A DNA stretch of 64,000 bases, taken from positions 124,664 to 188,663 of the forward strand of contig CAVSCJ010000006.1 in NCBI GenBank assembly GCA_963726435.1, in the 5' to 3' direction. Source of the stretch: an uncultured Coriobacteriia bacterium. GTDB taxonomy: Bacteria; Actinomycetota; Coriobacteriia; Anaerosomatales; PALSA-660. Shown here piece by piece: positions 27,057 through 35,904 of the stretch (position 1 is the first letter of the stretch; each line of letters starts with the position of its first letter). The notes under the pieces were generated by a model that saw nothing but the letters and a program-made list of their open reading frames with translations, was not told where the DNA came from and searched no databases. A program made the position numbers and the translations under genes.

Positions 27057-29384
27057 GTGTTGAGGAGGACCGTACAAGCTGTCGCCGCCACCTTGCTGGC
27101 GGCGCTTCTCGTTTCTGCAGCGGCTTCGGCCGCGGCGGCGACGGCTCCGGGTACGCGACGGGTAGCGGTGCTCCTGGTTCCGTATCTCACCTGGGGCGAC
27201 ATCTCCGGCGGCTGGATGCCGAGGACCCACGCGCTCGCCGAGAAGGCGTTGCTCGCGAACGTGAACGTCCGCGCAGGCGCGGCGGGCGGGACAACCACGC
27301 CGGAACGCGGTGCTCTGGTGCTGTCCGCGGGCGCGCCGGTGCTCTATTCGGAGAGCGCGATGACAGCTTTCGACACATCCGAGTCTGTCGGTCCCACTTC
27401 CGTTCGCGACTTCTACAAGCGCCTCTTCGCGCGGGACCCTGGCACCGCGGAGGTCGTCTACCTCGGTCTGCCACTGCAGGTCACCGTCAACACGGACACC
27501 AGTCTCGACAACGCGCTCGGGGCGCTGGGTTCGGCGGTTCACGCGAAGGGCTACAAGACCGCCGCGATCGGCAACGGCGACGCGGGCTGGTTCGTGGAGG
27601 CCGCTCGCGCGTCACGGCCCGCCGGCGTTGCCGCGTCCGACGCGAAGGGCGTCGTCGACATCGGTGACGTCTCTCCCAAGATGCTGATGCCCGACCCCGT
27701 GGCGCCGTTCGGCGTGCGAGCCGACGTCGGGAACATACTCTCCGCGTTCGAAGGCGCGCTGGCCGATCCGGCCGTCCGGCTCGTGGTGGTGGACCCGGGT
27801 GACATCGCCCGCAGCCTATTGTCCTCGTCCATCGAATCGACGCGGGCCTCCGCGTTCGCTCGCGACAACGCGCTTCGCTCCACCGACGAGGTGCTCGGAG
27901 GGATGGCGGACGCGTTGGAGCCGGGCGACGTCGTCGTGGTGTTCGCCCCGGCGGCCCCGCAGATCCCCGACGAGCCCGAGGCTTTCGGCCCGCTGGTTCT
28001 GGCGGCGGGCGGCAGCGGCTTGGCTGCGGCGGCATCGACGCACAGGGACGGCATCGTGACGGCTATGGACGTCTCCGCGACCATCGTCGACCTGCTGGGC
28101 GCCGCCGTCCCACCGAAGATGGTGGGAAGCGTGATCCATCCGGCATCTGTCCTGACCGGCGCGTCCGTCGCGGACCGGATCGGGTTCCTTGACCGGATGG
28201 CCTCCACCGCGGTCGCCGTGGAGTCTGTCAGGGGATCGACGGTCAACACCTTCATCCTGCTCACTGTCATCGCCTTGGTCGTCTCCACTCTGATCCTCTA
28301 CCGCGGCTCGGATGGTCTGCCCGCCGGCGCCCCCGCGATCGCCAAGGCCGCGCTGCTGCTCGTGCCGGCAGTGCTGTTCGGAGGCATAGTGCAGTTCGCC
28401 GTATGGAGGTGGCCCCCGACGGGCACGGGCGTGCTGCTGGCTCTGCTGGCGTGCACGCTGGCGATCTGGGTGGTGGCCATGCTGTTCGGACGTCACAGGT
28501 CCGCGGCCGTGCCCTTGATCGTCGTCACCGGAGGAACGGCTCTCACGGCGCTGATCGATCAATGGGTCGGAGCCCCGCTGTCGTTCACCGATCTGTTCGG
28601 GTACTCGCCGCTGTTGGGCGCCCGCTACTACGGCCTGGGCAACGAGATGGCGGGCCTGCTCCTGGGCTCCGTGCTCGTGGCAGTCGCCCTTGCTCTCGAC
28701 ACGTGGCGGGAAGCGGCGTGGACCCGCCATGTCAGGACCTGGGGTTGGCCGGCGATGGGGCTGATCGTGGTCGTGACCGCCGCGGCCCCCTTCTGGGGAG
28801 CGAACGTGGGCACTGTTGCGTGGATGACAGTCGGTTTCATCGTCGGCTGGCTGATGCTCAACGGCCGCAAGGTCTGGACATGGCGCAACCTGGTGATGAT
28901 CGTCGTCCTGATCGCCGTGATAGTGGCCGGTTTGACCGCGGTCGACGTGCTGGGAGCGCCGGGCTCCGAGACTCATCTCGGCAGGGCGGTCACCGGTGCC
29001 CAAGCCGCCGGCCCGAGCTCCCTGTTGACGCTCATCGTGCGCAAAGCTGAGACCAACACGCGCGTGCTCGGGCGGACGAACTGGACCTGGTTGCTCGTCG
29101 CGGTGCTCCTTCTTCTCGGCTACATGCGCTGGCGTCCGCGAGGCGAGTTCGCGGCGATGCTCAAGGAATACCCCGCGTTCTCCGCGGCGGTCGCGGCGTC
29201 ACTGTTCGCCGGCATAGTCGGGTACTTCACCGAGGACTCGGGGATCATCGTCCCCGCCTTGCTTCTCGCGCCCGTGGGAGTGGCCGCGCTGTATCTGATG
29301 CTCGGGCGGACGACGACCCGTGCGCGAGGGGGCGCGTCCGCAGAGAGCGAGTTCGCCTCGGCGCGTGAGGGTGACGACAAGTGA
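27057..29384 (+). CDS. Large envelope protein: signal peptide, ~400-aa exported domain and polytopic C-terminal half (family not recognised)
   Basis: GTG 27057 gives VLRRTVQAVAATLLAALLVSAAASAAAA (signal-like). There are at least 9 hydrophobic helices from about residue 420. The part of track ORF 26595.. upstream of 27057 is antisense to murJ. Confidence 0.6.
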   Translation: MLRRTVQAVAATLLAALLVSAAASAAAATAPGTRRVAVLLVPYLTWGDISGGWMPRTHALAEKALLANVNVRAGAAGGTTTPERGALVLSAGAPVLYSESAMTAFDTSESVGPTSVRDFYKRLFARDPGTAEVVYLGLPLQVTVNTDTSLDNALGALGSAVHAKGYKTAAIGNGDAGWFVEAARASRPAGVAASDAKGVVDIGDVSPKMLMPDPVAPFGVRADVGNILSAFEGALADPAVRLVVVDPGDIARSLLSSSIESTRASAFARDNALRSTDEVLGGMADALEPGDVVVVFAPAAPQIPDEPEAFGPLVLAAGGSGLAAAASTHRDGIVTAMDVSATIVDLLGAAVPPKMVGSVIHPASVLTGASVADRIGFLDRMASTAVAVESVRGSTVNTFILLTVIALVVSTLILYRGSDGLPAGAPAIAKAALLLVPAVLFGGIVQFAVWRWPPTGTGVLLALLACTLAIWVVAMLFGRHRSAAVPLIVVTGGTALTALIDQWVGAPLSFTDLFGYSPLLGARYYGLGNEMAGLLLGSVLVAVALALDTWREAAWTRHVRTWGWPAMGLIVVVTAAAPFWGANVGTVAWMTVGFIVGWLMLNGRKVWTWRNLVMIVVLIAVIVAGLTAVDVLGAPGSETHLGRAVTGAQAAGPSSLLTLIVRKAETNTRVLGRTNWTWLLVAVLLLLGYMRWRPRGEFAAMLKEYPAFSAAVAASLFAGIVGYFTEDSGIIVPALLLAPVGVAALYLMLGRTTTRARGGASAESEFASAREGDDK

Positions 29385-30481
29385 CCGCGTGGGTAACGAT
29401 GTCCGCCGTGTCTGTAGCCCTGTCGGTCTTGGCCGGGTGGCTGGGTCCGGCGTGGGCGATGAAGCGGCTGATCCCCGAGCTGGAGCGCGGCGGGAAGCGC
29501 GTCACGAACTATCGCGGCCACAGTGTCCCGACCGGTCTGGGGATAGTGTGGCTGGTGTGGGCCGCTTCCGTGGCATCCGCACTGGCCATCGCGAATGCAT
29601 TGGCATTCGCACTGACGGCCAGACTCGGCCCCTTCGCCGACAGGGCGTTGGGCAGCGCGATCTCCGAAGGCCCGATAGCCGCTGTCGGCAGCGCGGCCCC
29701 GGCTCTTCTCTTGGTCGCCGGTGCGGCTGCCTTCGGGATGGTCGACGACGTGTTCGGCGACGCGTCGGCCCGGGGCTTTCGCGGGCACCTGGCCGCCTTG
29801 GCGCACGGCCGCATGACCACGGGAGGCTTGAAGCTGCTAGGCATCGGCGGGCTCTCACTCGCCGCCTCCCTGCAGTTGGGCATGCTCGCTTTCGCAGAGG
29901 CGCCACGGATCGGTCTTGTGCCCGACCTGACGGGGATCGCGACGTGGCTTCTCGCCGCACTCGTGATCGCGCTCTCCGCCAACCTGGTCAACCTTGCCGA
30001 CCTGCGCCCGGGACGGGCGTTGAAGACCTACGCCCTTCTGGCGATGTTCGGCATGCTCTTCGGCGCCTGGGCGACGTGGTCCGGCGGCGACGCGTCTTCG
30101 TTGACGATCGCGGTGGTCCGGATCGGCGGCTTCAAGCTGTCGGCGCTCGCTCTGTTGTTCGGGCCGGTCCTCGCCGTTTGGCGCTACGACTTGGGCGAGC
30201 GCGCGATGCTCGGCGACGCGGGCGCCAACGCAGCCGGAGCGCTCGCGGGCTTCATCCTCGCCTGGCAGTCGCCCCTTTGGCTTCTGCTCGTGCTGGCGGT
30301 CCTTCTGCTCGCGCTGAATCTGGTGAGCGAGCGCGTATCCTTCTCAGGCGTGATCGAACGGGTCGCCTTCCTCCGGTGGCTCGATGGGCTCGGCCGCCTG
30401 CCGGCCGACGAGGTGGTCGCGGCTGAGGCGCCGACCGGGGCGCTCAGCGTGAAGGCAAGTGACAGCGAGGACGGCGAGTAA
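29381..30481 (+). CDS. MraY/WecA-superfamily polyprenyl-phosphate sugar-1-phosphate transferase, divergent
   Basis: GTGA overlap with the preceding gene. Polytopic, with MVDDVFGD and LGDAGANAAGALAG motifs. The central motif reads NLVNLADLRPGRALK instead of NxxNxxDGxDGL. Confidence 0.6.
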   Translation: MTAWVTMSAVSVALSVLAGWLGPAWAMKRLIPELERGGKRVTNYRGHSVPTGLGIVWLVWAASVASALAIANALAFALTARLGPFADRALGSAISEGPIAAVGSAAPALLLVAGAAAFGMVDDVFGDASARGFRGHLAALAHGRMTTGGLKLLGIGGLSLAASLQLGMLAFAEAPRIGLVPDLTGIATWLLAALVIALSANLVNLADLRPGRALKTYALLAMFGMLFGAWATWSGGDASSLTIAVVRIGGFKLSALALLFGPVLAVWRYDLGERAMLGDAGANAAGALAGFILAWQSPLWLLLVLAVLLLALNLVSERVSFSGVIERVAFLRWLDGLGRLPADEVVAAEAPTGALSVKASDSEDGE

Positions 30482-30508
30482 GTGAAAGGACGGCGGGAGC
30501 TCACACCG

Positions 30509-32122
30509 ATGACCAAGTACATCTTCGTGACTGGGGGCGTGACATCTTCACTGGGCAAGGGCATCACGGCGGCTTCGCTCGGCCGGCTGCTGAAGAGCCG
30601 TGGGCTGAGCGTGACCATCCAGAAGCTCGACCCCTACCTCAACGTCGATCCGGGCACGATGAGTCCCTTCCAGCATGGCGAGGTCTTCGTGACCGACGAC
30701 GGGGGAGAGACCGACCTCGACCTGGGCCACTATGAGCGGTTCATCGACGAGGCGCTGTCGCGCGAGAGCAACGTGACCGCCGGGTCTGTCTACCAGACGC
30801 TCATAGCCAAGGAGCGTCGCGGCGACTTCCTCGGCGGAACCGTGCAGGTCATCCCGCACGTGACCAACGAGATCAAGGAGCGGATCCTCCGCTTGGCCGA
30901 GAAGCGAAAGCCCGACGTGATCATCACGGAGGTAGGCGGCACAGTGGGCGACATCGAGTCGCTGCCGTTCCTCGAGGCGATAAGGCAACTCAAGAAGGAC
31001 GTCGGGCGTGACAACGTCTGCTACATCCACGTCACCCTCGTTCCGTATATCGCCGCGTCCTCGGAGCTGAAGACGAAGCCGACGCAGCACTCGGTCAAGG
31101 AGCTGCGCAGCATCGGTATCCAGCCCGACTTCATCGTCTGCCGCTCCGACAGGCCGATCGACGCCGGCATCCGCCGCAAGATCGGGCTCTTCTGCGATGT
31201 CGATCCGGTCGCGGTCGTATCTGCCATGGATGCTTCGTCGATCTACGAGGTTCCGGAGGCGCTGCGCCAGCAAGGACTGGATGAGATGGTCATCGAGCAC
31301 CTGTCGATGGAGTGCGGCGAGCCGGACATGGCTCAGTGGGACGCCTTCGTCCGCCACAGCCGCCAGCTCAGCGACACTGTCGACATCGCCCTCGTAGGCA
31401 AGTACGTGCAACTGCCCGACGCCTACCTGTCCGTTCACGAGTCATTGAAGCACGCGGGGATCTTCCACGAGCACGACGTCGAGATCCATTGGGTCGACGC
31501 CGAGGGGATCACGCCCGAAGAGGTCGACCGCATCCTCTCGGAGATGGACGGTATCCTGGTGCCTGGCGGCTTCGGCGTCCGCGGGATCGAGGGCAAGATC
31601 CGTGCGGCGCGCTACGCCCGCGAGCACAAGGTGCCCTATCTGGGGATCTGCCTCGGCATGCAGGTGGCAGTGGCGGAGTTCGCTCGCAACGTCGCCGGAC
31701 TCGCGGATGCGAACTCGAGTGAGTTCGACCCGGCGACCCCGTATCCGGTGATCGATCTGATGGTGGAGCAGAACGACGTCCACGACATGGGAGGGACGAT
31801 GCGGCTCGGCTCCTACCCTTGCGTCGTCGTGCCCGACACCAAAGGCATGGCCGCCTACGGAGAAGACGTCATATACGAAAGGCACCGCCACCGCTACGAG
31901 GTCAGCAACACCTTCCGTCAGCAGCTGGTCGACGCGGGACTGGTGATCTCGGGGCTCTCTCCCGACGGGAACCTCGTGGAGATGGTCGAGCTCCCGGACC
32001 ACCCGTGGTTCGTGGGTAATCAAGGCCACCCCGAGTTCAAGAGCCGTCCGACCCGTCCTGCGCCGCTCTTCCGCGACTTCATCGGGGCTGCTGTCGCCTA
32101 CCACAAGAGCCGGGGGGCGTAG
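30509..32122 (+). CDS. pyrG: CTP synthase
   Basis: ATG 30509. Motifs are [19 protein letters not shown], the glutaminase GICLGMQ and HPEF. Confidence 0.96.
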   Translation: MTKYIFVTGGVTSSLGKGITAASLGRLLKSRGLSVTIQKLDPYLNVDPGTMSPFQHGEVFVTDDGGETDLDLGHYERFIDEALSRESNVTAGSVYQTLIAKERRGDFLGGTVQVIPHVTNEIKERILRLAEKRKPDVIITEVGGTVGDIESLPFLEAIRQLKKDVGRDNVCYIHVTLVPYIAASSELKTKPTQHSVKELRSIGIQPDFIVCRSDRPIDAGIRRKIGLFCDVDPVAVVSAMDASSIYEVPEALRQQGLDEMVIEHLSMECGEPDMAQWDAFVRHSRQLSDTVDIALVGKYVQLPDAYLSVHESLKHAGIFHEHDVEIHWVDAEGITPEEVDRILSEMDGILVPGGFGVRGIEGKIRAARYAREHKVPYLGICLGMQVAVAEFARNVAGLADANSSEFDPATPYPVIDLMVEQNDVHDMGGTMRLGSYPCVVVPDTKGMAAYGEDVIYERHRHRYEVSNTFRQQLVDAGLVISGLSPDGNLVEMVELPDHPWFVGNQGHPEFKSRPTRPAPLFRDFIGAAVAYHKSRGA

Positions 32123-32129
32123 CGCTCTG

Positions 32130-33254
32130 ATGACACCGGACAAGGGAAGCAGGCTGCTCGACACCTTCCTCGAGGCGGTTCGCATCGACAGTCCCTCTGG
32201 CGAGGAGTCTGCGTTCGGGTGCTGGTGCGCCGAGCGCCTCGCCGCGCTCGGGTGCGACGTCCGGTTCGACGATTCGGCGGGGGCGACGAGATCCGACACC
32301 GGCAACCTCATCGCCGACCTCGCCCCGACCGTGGACGGCCTTACCTTGGTCCTTTCCGCGCACCTGGACACCGTCGAGCCCGGGCGGGGGGTAGAGCCGG
32401 TCGTCGAGGCAGGCGTCGTGCGCTCGTCTGGAGACACGATCCTGGGCTCCGACGACAAGGCCGGAGTGGCGGCCATCCTCGAGACGCTCTCGGAGCTACG
32501 CGAGTCGGGGCGCCCGCACGCACGCGTCAGGGTGCTGCTCACGACGGGAGAGGAGGCCGGGCTCCGAGGCGCGAGGGAGTTGGATCCCGCCGTGTGCGAG
32601 GGCGACCTGTGCCTGGTGCTGGACGCGGCGGGCGACGTGGGCGGCATCGTCAAGGGCGCGCCGACGCACTACACGTTCGCGGCTACGTTCCGCGGCGTCG
32701 CGTCTCATGCGGGAGTCGAACCCGAGAAGGGTCACTCAGCCATCCTCATGGCCGCGCGGGCTATCACCGCGATGCGGCTGGGGCGACTGGACGACGTCAC
32801 CACTGCCAACGTGGGCGAGATCCACGGTGGCGGGGCCACGAACGTCGTGCCCGCGGAATGTTCGCTCACCGGAGAGTGCCGTTCTCTCGACTCTGGCCGC
32901 GTGGAGCAAGTGCGGGACTCCATGGACGCCGCCCTCAGGGCGGCGGCGGCCGAGGGCGAGGGAACGGTGAACGTCGGCTGGACCAGGCAGTACGACGGGT
33001 ACTTGTTCGACGACGACGACCCTGCGATCGCCATCGTCGCTGCGGCGATCCGCGAAGCGGGGTTCGAGCCGCGGACGTTCACGACCGGCGGGGGCAGCGA
33101 CGCCAACGTTCTTGCCTCCAAGGGCCTGCCTTCGGTGGCTCTGTCATGCGGGATGACCGACGTACACGGCACGGGCGAGACCATCGCGGTCTCCGACATG
33201 GAGGGACTCGTGAGGGTGCTCCTGGCCACGATCGAGCGAGCAGTGACTCCGTGA
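32130..33254 (+). CDS. M20-family metallopeptidase (peptidase T-like)
   Basis: 374 aa with metal-ligand motifs SAHLDTV, GSDDKAG and TTGEEAGLRG, plus GGGSDAN. Confidence 0.8.
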   Translation: MTPDKGSRLLDTFLEAVRIDSPSGEESAFGCWCAERLAALGCDVRFDDSAGATRSDTGNLIADLAPTVDGLTLVLSAHLDTVEPGRGVEPVVEAGVVRSSGDTILGSDDKAGVAAILETLSELRESGRPHARVRVLLTTGEEAGLRGARELDPAVCEGDLCLVLDAAGDVGGIVKGAPTHYTFAATFRGVASHAGVEPEKGHSAILMAARAITAMRLGRLDDVTTANVGEIHGGGATNVVPAECSLTGECRSLDSGRVEQVRDSMDAALRAAAAEGEGTVNVGWTRQYDGYLFDDDDPAIAIVAAAIREAGFEPRTFTTGGGSDANVLASKGLPSVALSCGMTDVHGTGETIAVSDMEGLVRVLLATIERAVTP

Positions 33255-34336
33255 GGACGATCTGGGGGACTGTTCTGGCCGTCGAAGCCGAGCGCTCCGG
33301 TCTTCAGCGCCTCCGCGTGCAGGTCGACGGGGAGGCTGTGGCTCCCGCGATGAACTATCCCTCTTTGGCAGGGTATTGCCGCAAGGGCGACCGCGTGCTG
33401 ATCAACACCACGGCTGTCGATATGGGACTGGGGACAGGTGGGTCGCACCTGGTCGTGGCGCGCACGGGTGGGTCCTCGCTGCCGGAGGGTGTCTCGCTCA
33501 GTGACCCGAGCGGTGGGCACGTGATGAAGCTGCGGTACACGCCTCTTCAGCGCGACGTGCTCGCGGTCGAATCCCAGGAGAGCCCACACCACTCCAGGCT
33601 GGAACACGCGGACGACGTGGCCGGGATGCCGGTCGTCTGCTGTGGCCTGCACAGCCAGCTCCCTCTCGTGGCAGCCGCCGTGAAGCAGATCGCTCCGAGC
33701 GCGCGCGTAGCCTGGTGCATGACCGACGAGGCCGCCTTGCCTCTCGCGGTGTCGGATCTCGTCTCGGCGTGCACCGCGGCTGGCCTCGTGGACGTGACGG
33801 TGACCTGTGGACAGGCTTTCGGAGGCGATCTCGAGGCGGTCACCCTGCACTCGGGTCTCGTGGCGGCGCGCCTGGTCGGGGAGGCCGATGTCGCGATCAC
33901 GGGAATCGGCCCGGGAGTGGTGGGCACAGGCACCGCCCTCGGACACGGCGGAGTGGCCCAGGGTGAGGCCCTGAACGCCGCGGCCGCCGTCGGGGGACGC
34001 GGCATCGCATCGTTGCGTGTCTCCTTCGCCGACGAGCGGGAGCGCCACCGGGGAGTGAGTCACCACACGCTCGTCGCGCTCACTCGGATCGCGCTGGCAC
34101 GCTCGACGGTCGCCGTCCCGCGCCTTCCTGATGCAGAGTTGCAGCAACTGGAGTCGGGCCTGGCGTCGGCAGGGGTGTGGGAGCGCCACGAGCGCGCCGA
34201 CGCGGGTGCGGGGCACGCGCTGCCGGACACGCGCGGGGTGGAGTGCTGGTCGATGGGGCGCACGCCCGCCGACGACCCCGCCTTCTTCGCCGCTGCGTCG
34301 GCCGCCGGGACCGTGGCCGCCGAGATGCTCGGGTAG
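33251..34336 (+). CDS. DUF3866-family protein (function unknown)
   Basis: GTG 33251 overlaps the peptidase stop (GTGA). 361 aa. The N-terminal barrel-like part is YCRKGDRVLINTTAVDMGLGTGG, followed by an alpha/beta part with GIGPGVVGTGTALGHGG. The family assignment is from memory of the DUF3866 pattern. The upstream 1 kb of track ORF 32219.. is out-of-frame overlap with the peptidase. Confidence 0.6.
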   Translation: MRTIWGTVLAVEAERSGLQRLRVQVDGEAVAPAMNYPSLAGYCRKGDRVLINTTAVDMGLGTGGSHLVVARTGGSSLPEGVSLSDPSGGHVMKLRYTPLQRDVLAVESQESPHHSRLEHADDVAGMPVVCCGLHSQLPLVAAAVKQIAPSARVAWCMTDEAALPLAVSDLVSACTAAGLVDVTVTCGQAFGGDLEAVTLHSGLVAARLVGEADVAITGIGPGVVGTGTALGHGGVAQGEALNAAAAVGGRGIASLRVSFADERERHRGVSHHTLVALTRIALARSTVAVPRLPDAELQQLESGLASAGVWERHERADAGAGHALPDTRGVECWSMGRTPADDPAFFAAASAAGTVAAEMLG

Positions 34337-34384
34337 GTATCCGACTCACGGCACTTCTTATGCACTCTCGCCCCGCCGTGGCGG

Positions 34385-34412
34385 TTGCCCTCGCCCCCGG
34401 GCAGGGTACACT
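34385..34412 (+). promoter_or_regulatory. Putative sigma-70-type promoter of ald
   Basis: TTGCCC (34385-34390), a 16-nt spacer, then TACACT (34407-34412). This leaves a ~120-nt structured leader before ATG 34539. Confidence 0.4.
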
Positions 34413-34538
34413 GTGCAAGTCGTTCGCGCGCCCGAACCCTGATGGGACGGACCGGGCGGCGGCGCAGCGGGGGGCGGCAGCATCAGGATCGGCCGGCGCG
34501 AATCCGGCCTCCACGGACCGACGAAAGGGAAGTCGCTC

Positions 34539-35654
34539 ATGGTCATCGGTGTCCCTAAAGAGATCAAGAACAACGAGTTCCGCGTCGGGATGACTCCCGG
34601 CGGCGCGCACGAGTTCGTCGCGCACGGCCACAGGGTGCTCGTCCAGAGGGGCGCCGGCGACGGGTCGTCGTTCACGGACGCCGAGTACTCTGCGGCGGGC
34701 GCCGAGCTCGTGGAGACGGCCACGGAGGTCTTCGCCCGCGCGGACATGATCGTGAAGGTGAAGGAGCCTCAGGCCGCCGAGATCGCGATGCTGCGGCCGG
34801 GCCAGATCCTCTACACCTACCTGCACCTCGCTCCCGACCACGACCAGACCGTCGGCCTGATCGCCTCGGGTGCCGTATGCATCGCCTACGAGACGGTGGA
34901 GCTGTCCAACCACACGCTGCCGCTGCTCGCGCCGATGTCCGAGGTCGCCGGCCGGATGGCCGCTCAGGTGGGCGCCGCCTACCTGCAGAAGCCGTTCGGA
35001 GGCCGGGGCGTCCTCATGGGAGGCGTTCCCGGAGTCCTACCCGCCAACGTCGTCGTCCTGGGTGCGGGCGTGGTCGGGATCAACGCCGCATACATCGCCT
35101 GCGGCATGGGCGCGCAGGTCACGGTTCTCGATGTCAACCTCGATCGCCTCCGCTACATCGACGAGCTGTGGGGCAACCGCATGCGGACGCTCTACTCGAG
35201 CAAGCACAACATCGAGGAGGCCGTGTACGCGGCGGACCTCGTGATCGGCGCGGTCCTTCTCCCGGGCGCCAAGACGCCCTATCTGATCACCCGCGACATG
35301 CTGCCGAAGATGAAGCGCAACTCGGTCGTCGTGGACGTCTCGGTCGACCAAGGCGGCTGCATCGAGACCACTCACGCCACCACTCACGCCGACCCCGTCT
35401 ACTTCGTCGACGGCGTGCTGCACTACGGCGTGGCCAACATGCCGGGGGCGGTGCCTAACACCTCGACCATGGCGCTGACGAACGCCACCCTGCGCTACGG
35501 TCTAGCGATCGCCGACAAGGGGTGGAAGAAGGCCGTCGCTGACGACCCGGCGCTCGCCAAGGGAGTCAACGTTCTCGATGGCAAGGTCGTCTACAAGCCG
35601 GTCGCCGACGCGCACGGGTTGGAGTACACCCCGCTGGAGTCGCTGATCTCGTAG
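34539..35654 (+). CDS. ald: Alanine dehydrogenase
   Basis: 371 aa with [20 protein letters not shown] and the Rossmann motif [12 protein letters not shown]. Confidence 0.95.
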   Translation: MVIGVPKEIKNNEFRVGMTPGGAHEFVAHGHRVLVQRGAGDGSSFTDAEYSAAGAELVETATEVFARADMIVKVKEPQAAEIAMLRPGQILYTYLHLAPDHDQTVGLIASGAVCIAYETVELSNHTLPLLAPMSEVAGRMAAQVGAAYLQKPFGGRGVLMGGVPGVLPANVVVLGAGVVGINAAYIACGMGAQVTVLDVNLDRLRYIDELWGNRMRTLYSSKHNIEEAVYAADLVIGAVLLPGAKTPYLITRDMLPKMKRNSVVVDVSVDQGGCIETTHATTHADPVYFVDGVLHYGVANMPGAVPNTSTMALTNATLRYGLAIADKGWKKAVADDPALAKGVNVLDGKVVYKPVADAHGLEYTPLESLIS

Positions 35655-35701
35655 GGCTTCGGTACCCAGCGCCCGTCCGGGCGCGGTGCGAGAGACGTTA
35701 C

Positions 35702-35724
35702 GGCCCCGGCCTCCGGCCGGGGCC
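35702..35724 (+). terminator. Terminator-like hairpin after ald (core of a larger nested palindrome)
   Basis: 10-bp stem GGCCCCGGCC / GGCCGGGGCC with loop TCC. Confidence 0.5.
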
Positions 35725-35904
35725 TCCACCGCTTCGCAGTCTCTCTCACCGCCCCCAGACGGGCGCTGCGGCATACTGACGTCATGAGCGACAGACTGAC
35801 AGCGGCAGGAACCTGAACGGGACAGGACACGTCGGCGACCGCCTGCGCCGGACGGCGGCGGGCGACTCATCGATCTGATCGACGACTTCACCGGCTACCT
35901 GACC

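Noticed and set aside
32219-33250. Upstream 1 kb of track ORF 32219..34336.
   Set aside because: It is an out-of-frame overlap with the M20 peptidase and is Arg-rich. DUF3866-like sequence begins at GTG 33251, which overlaps the peptidase stop.
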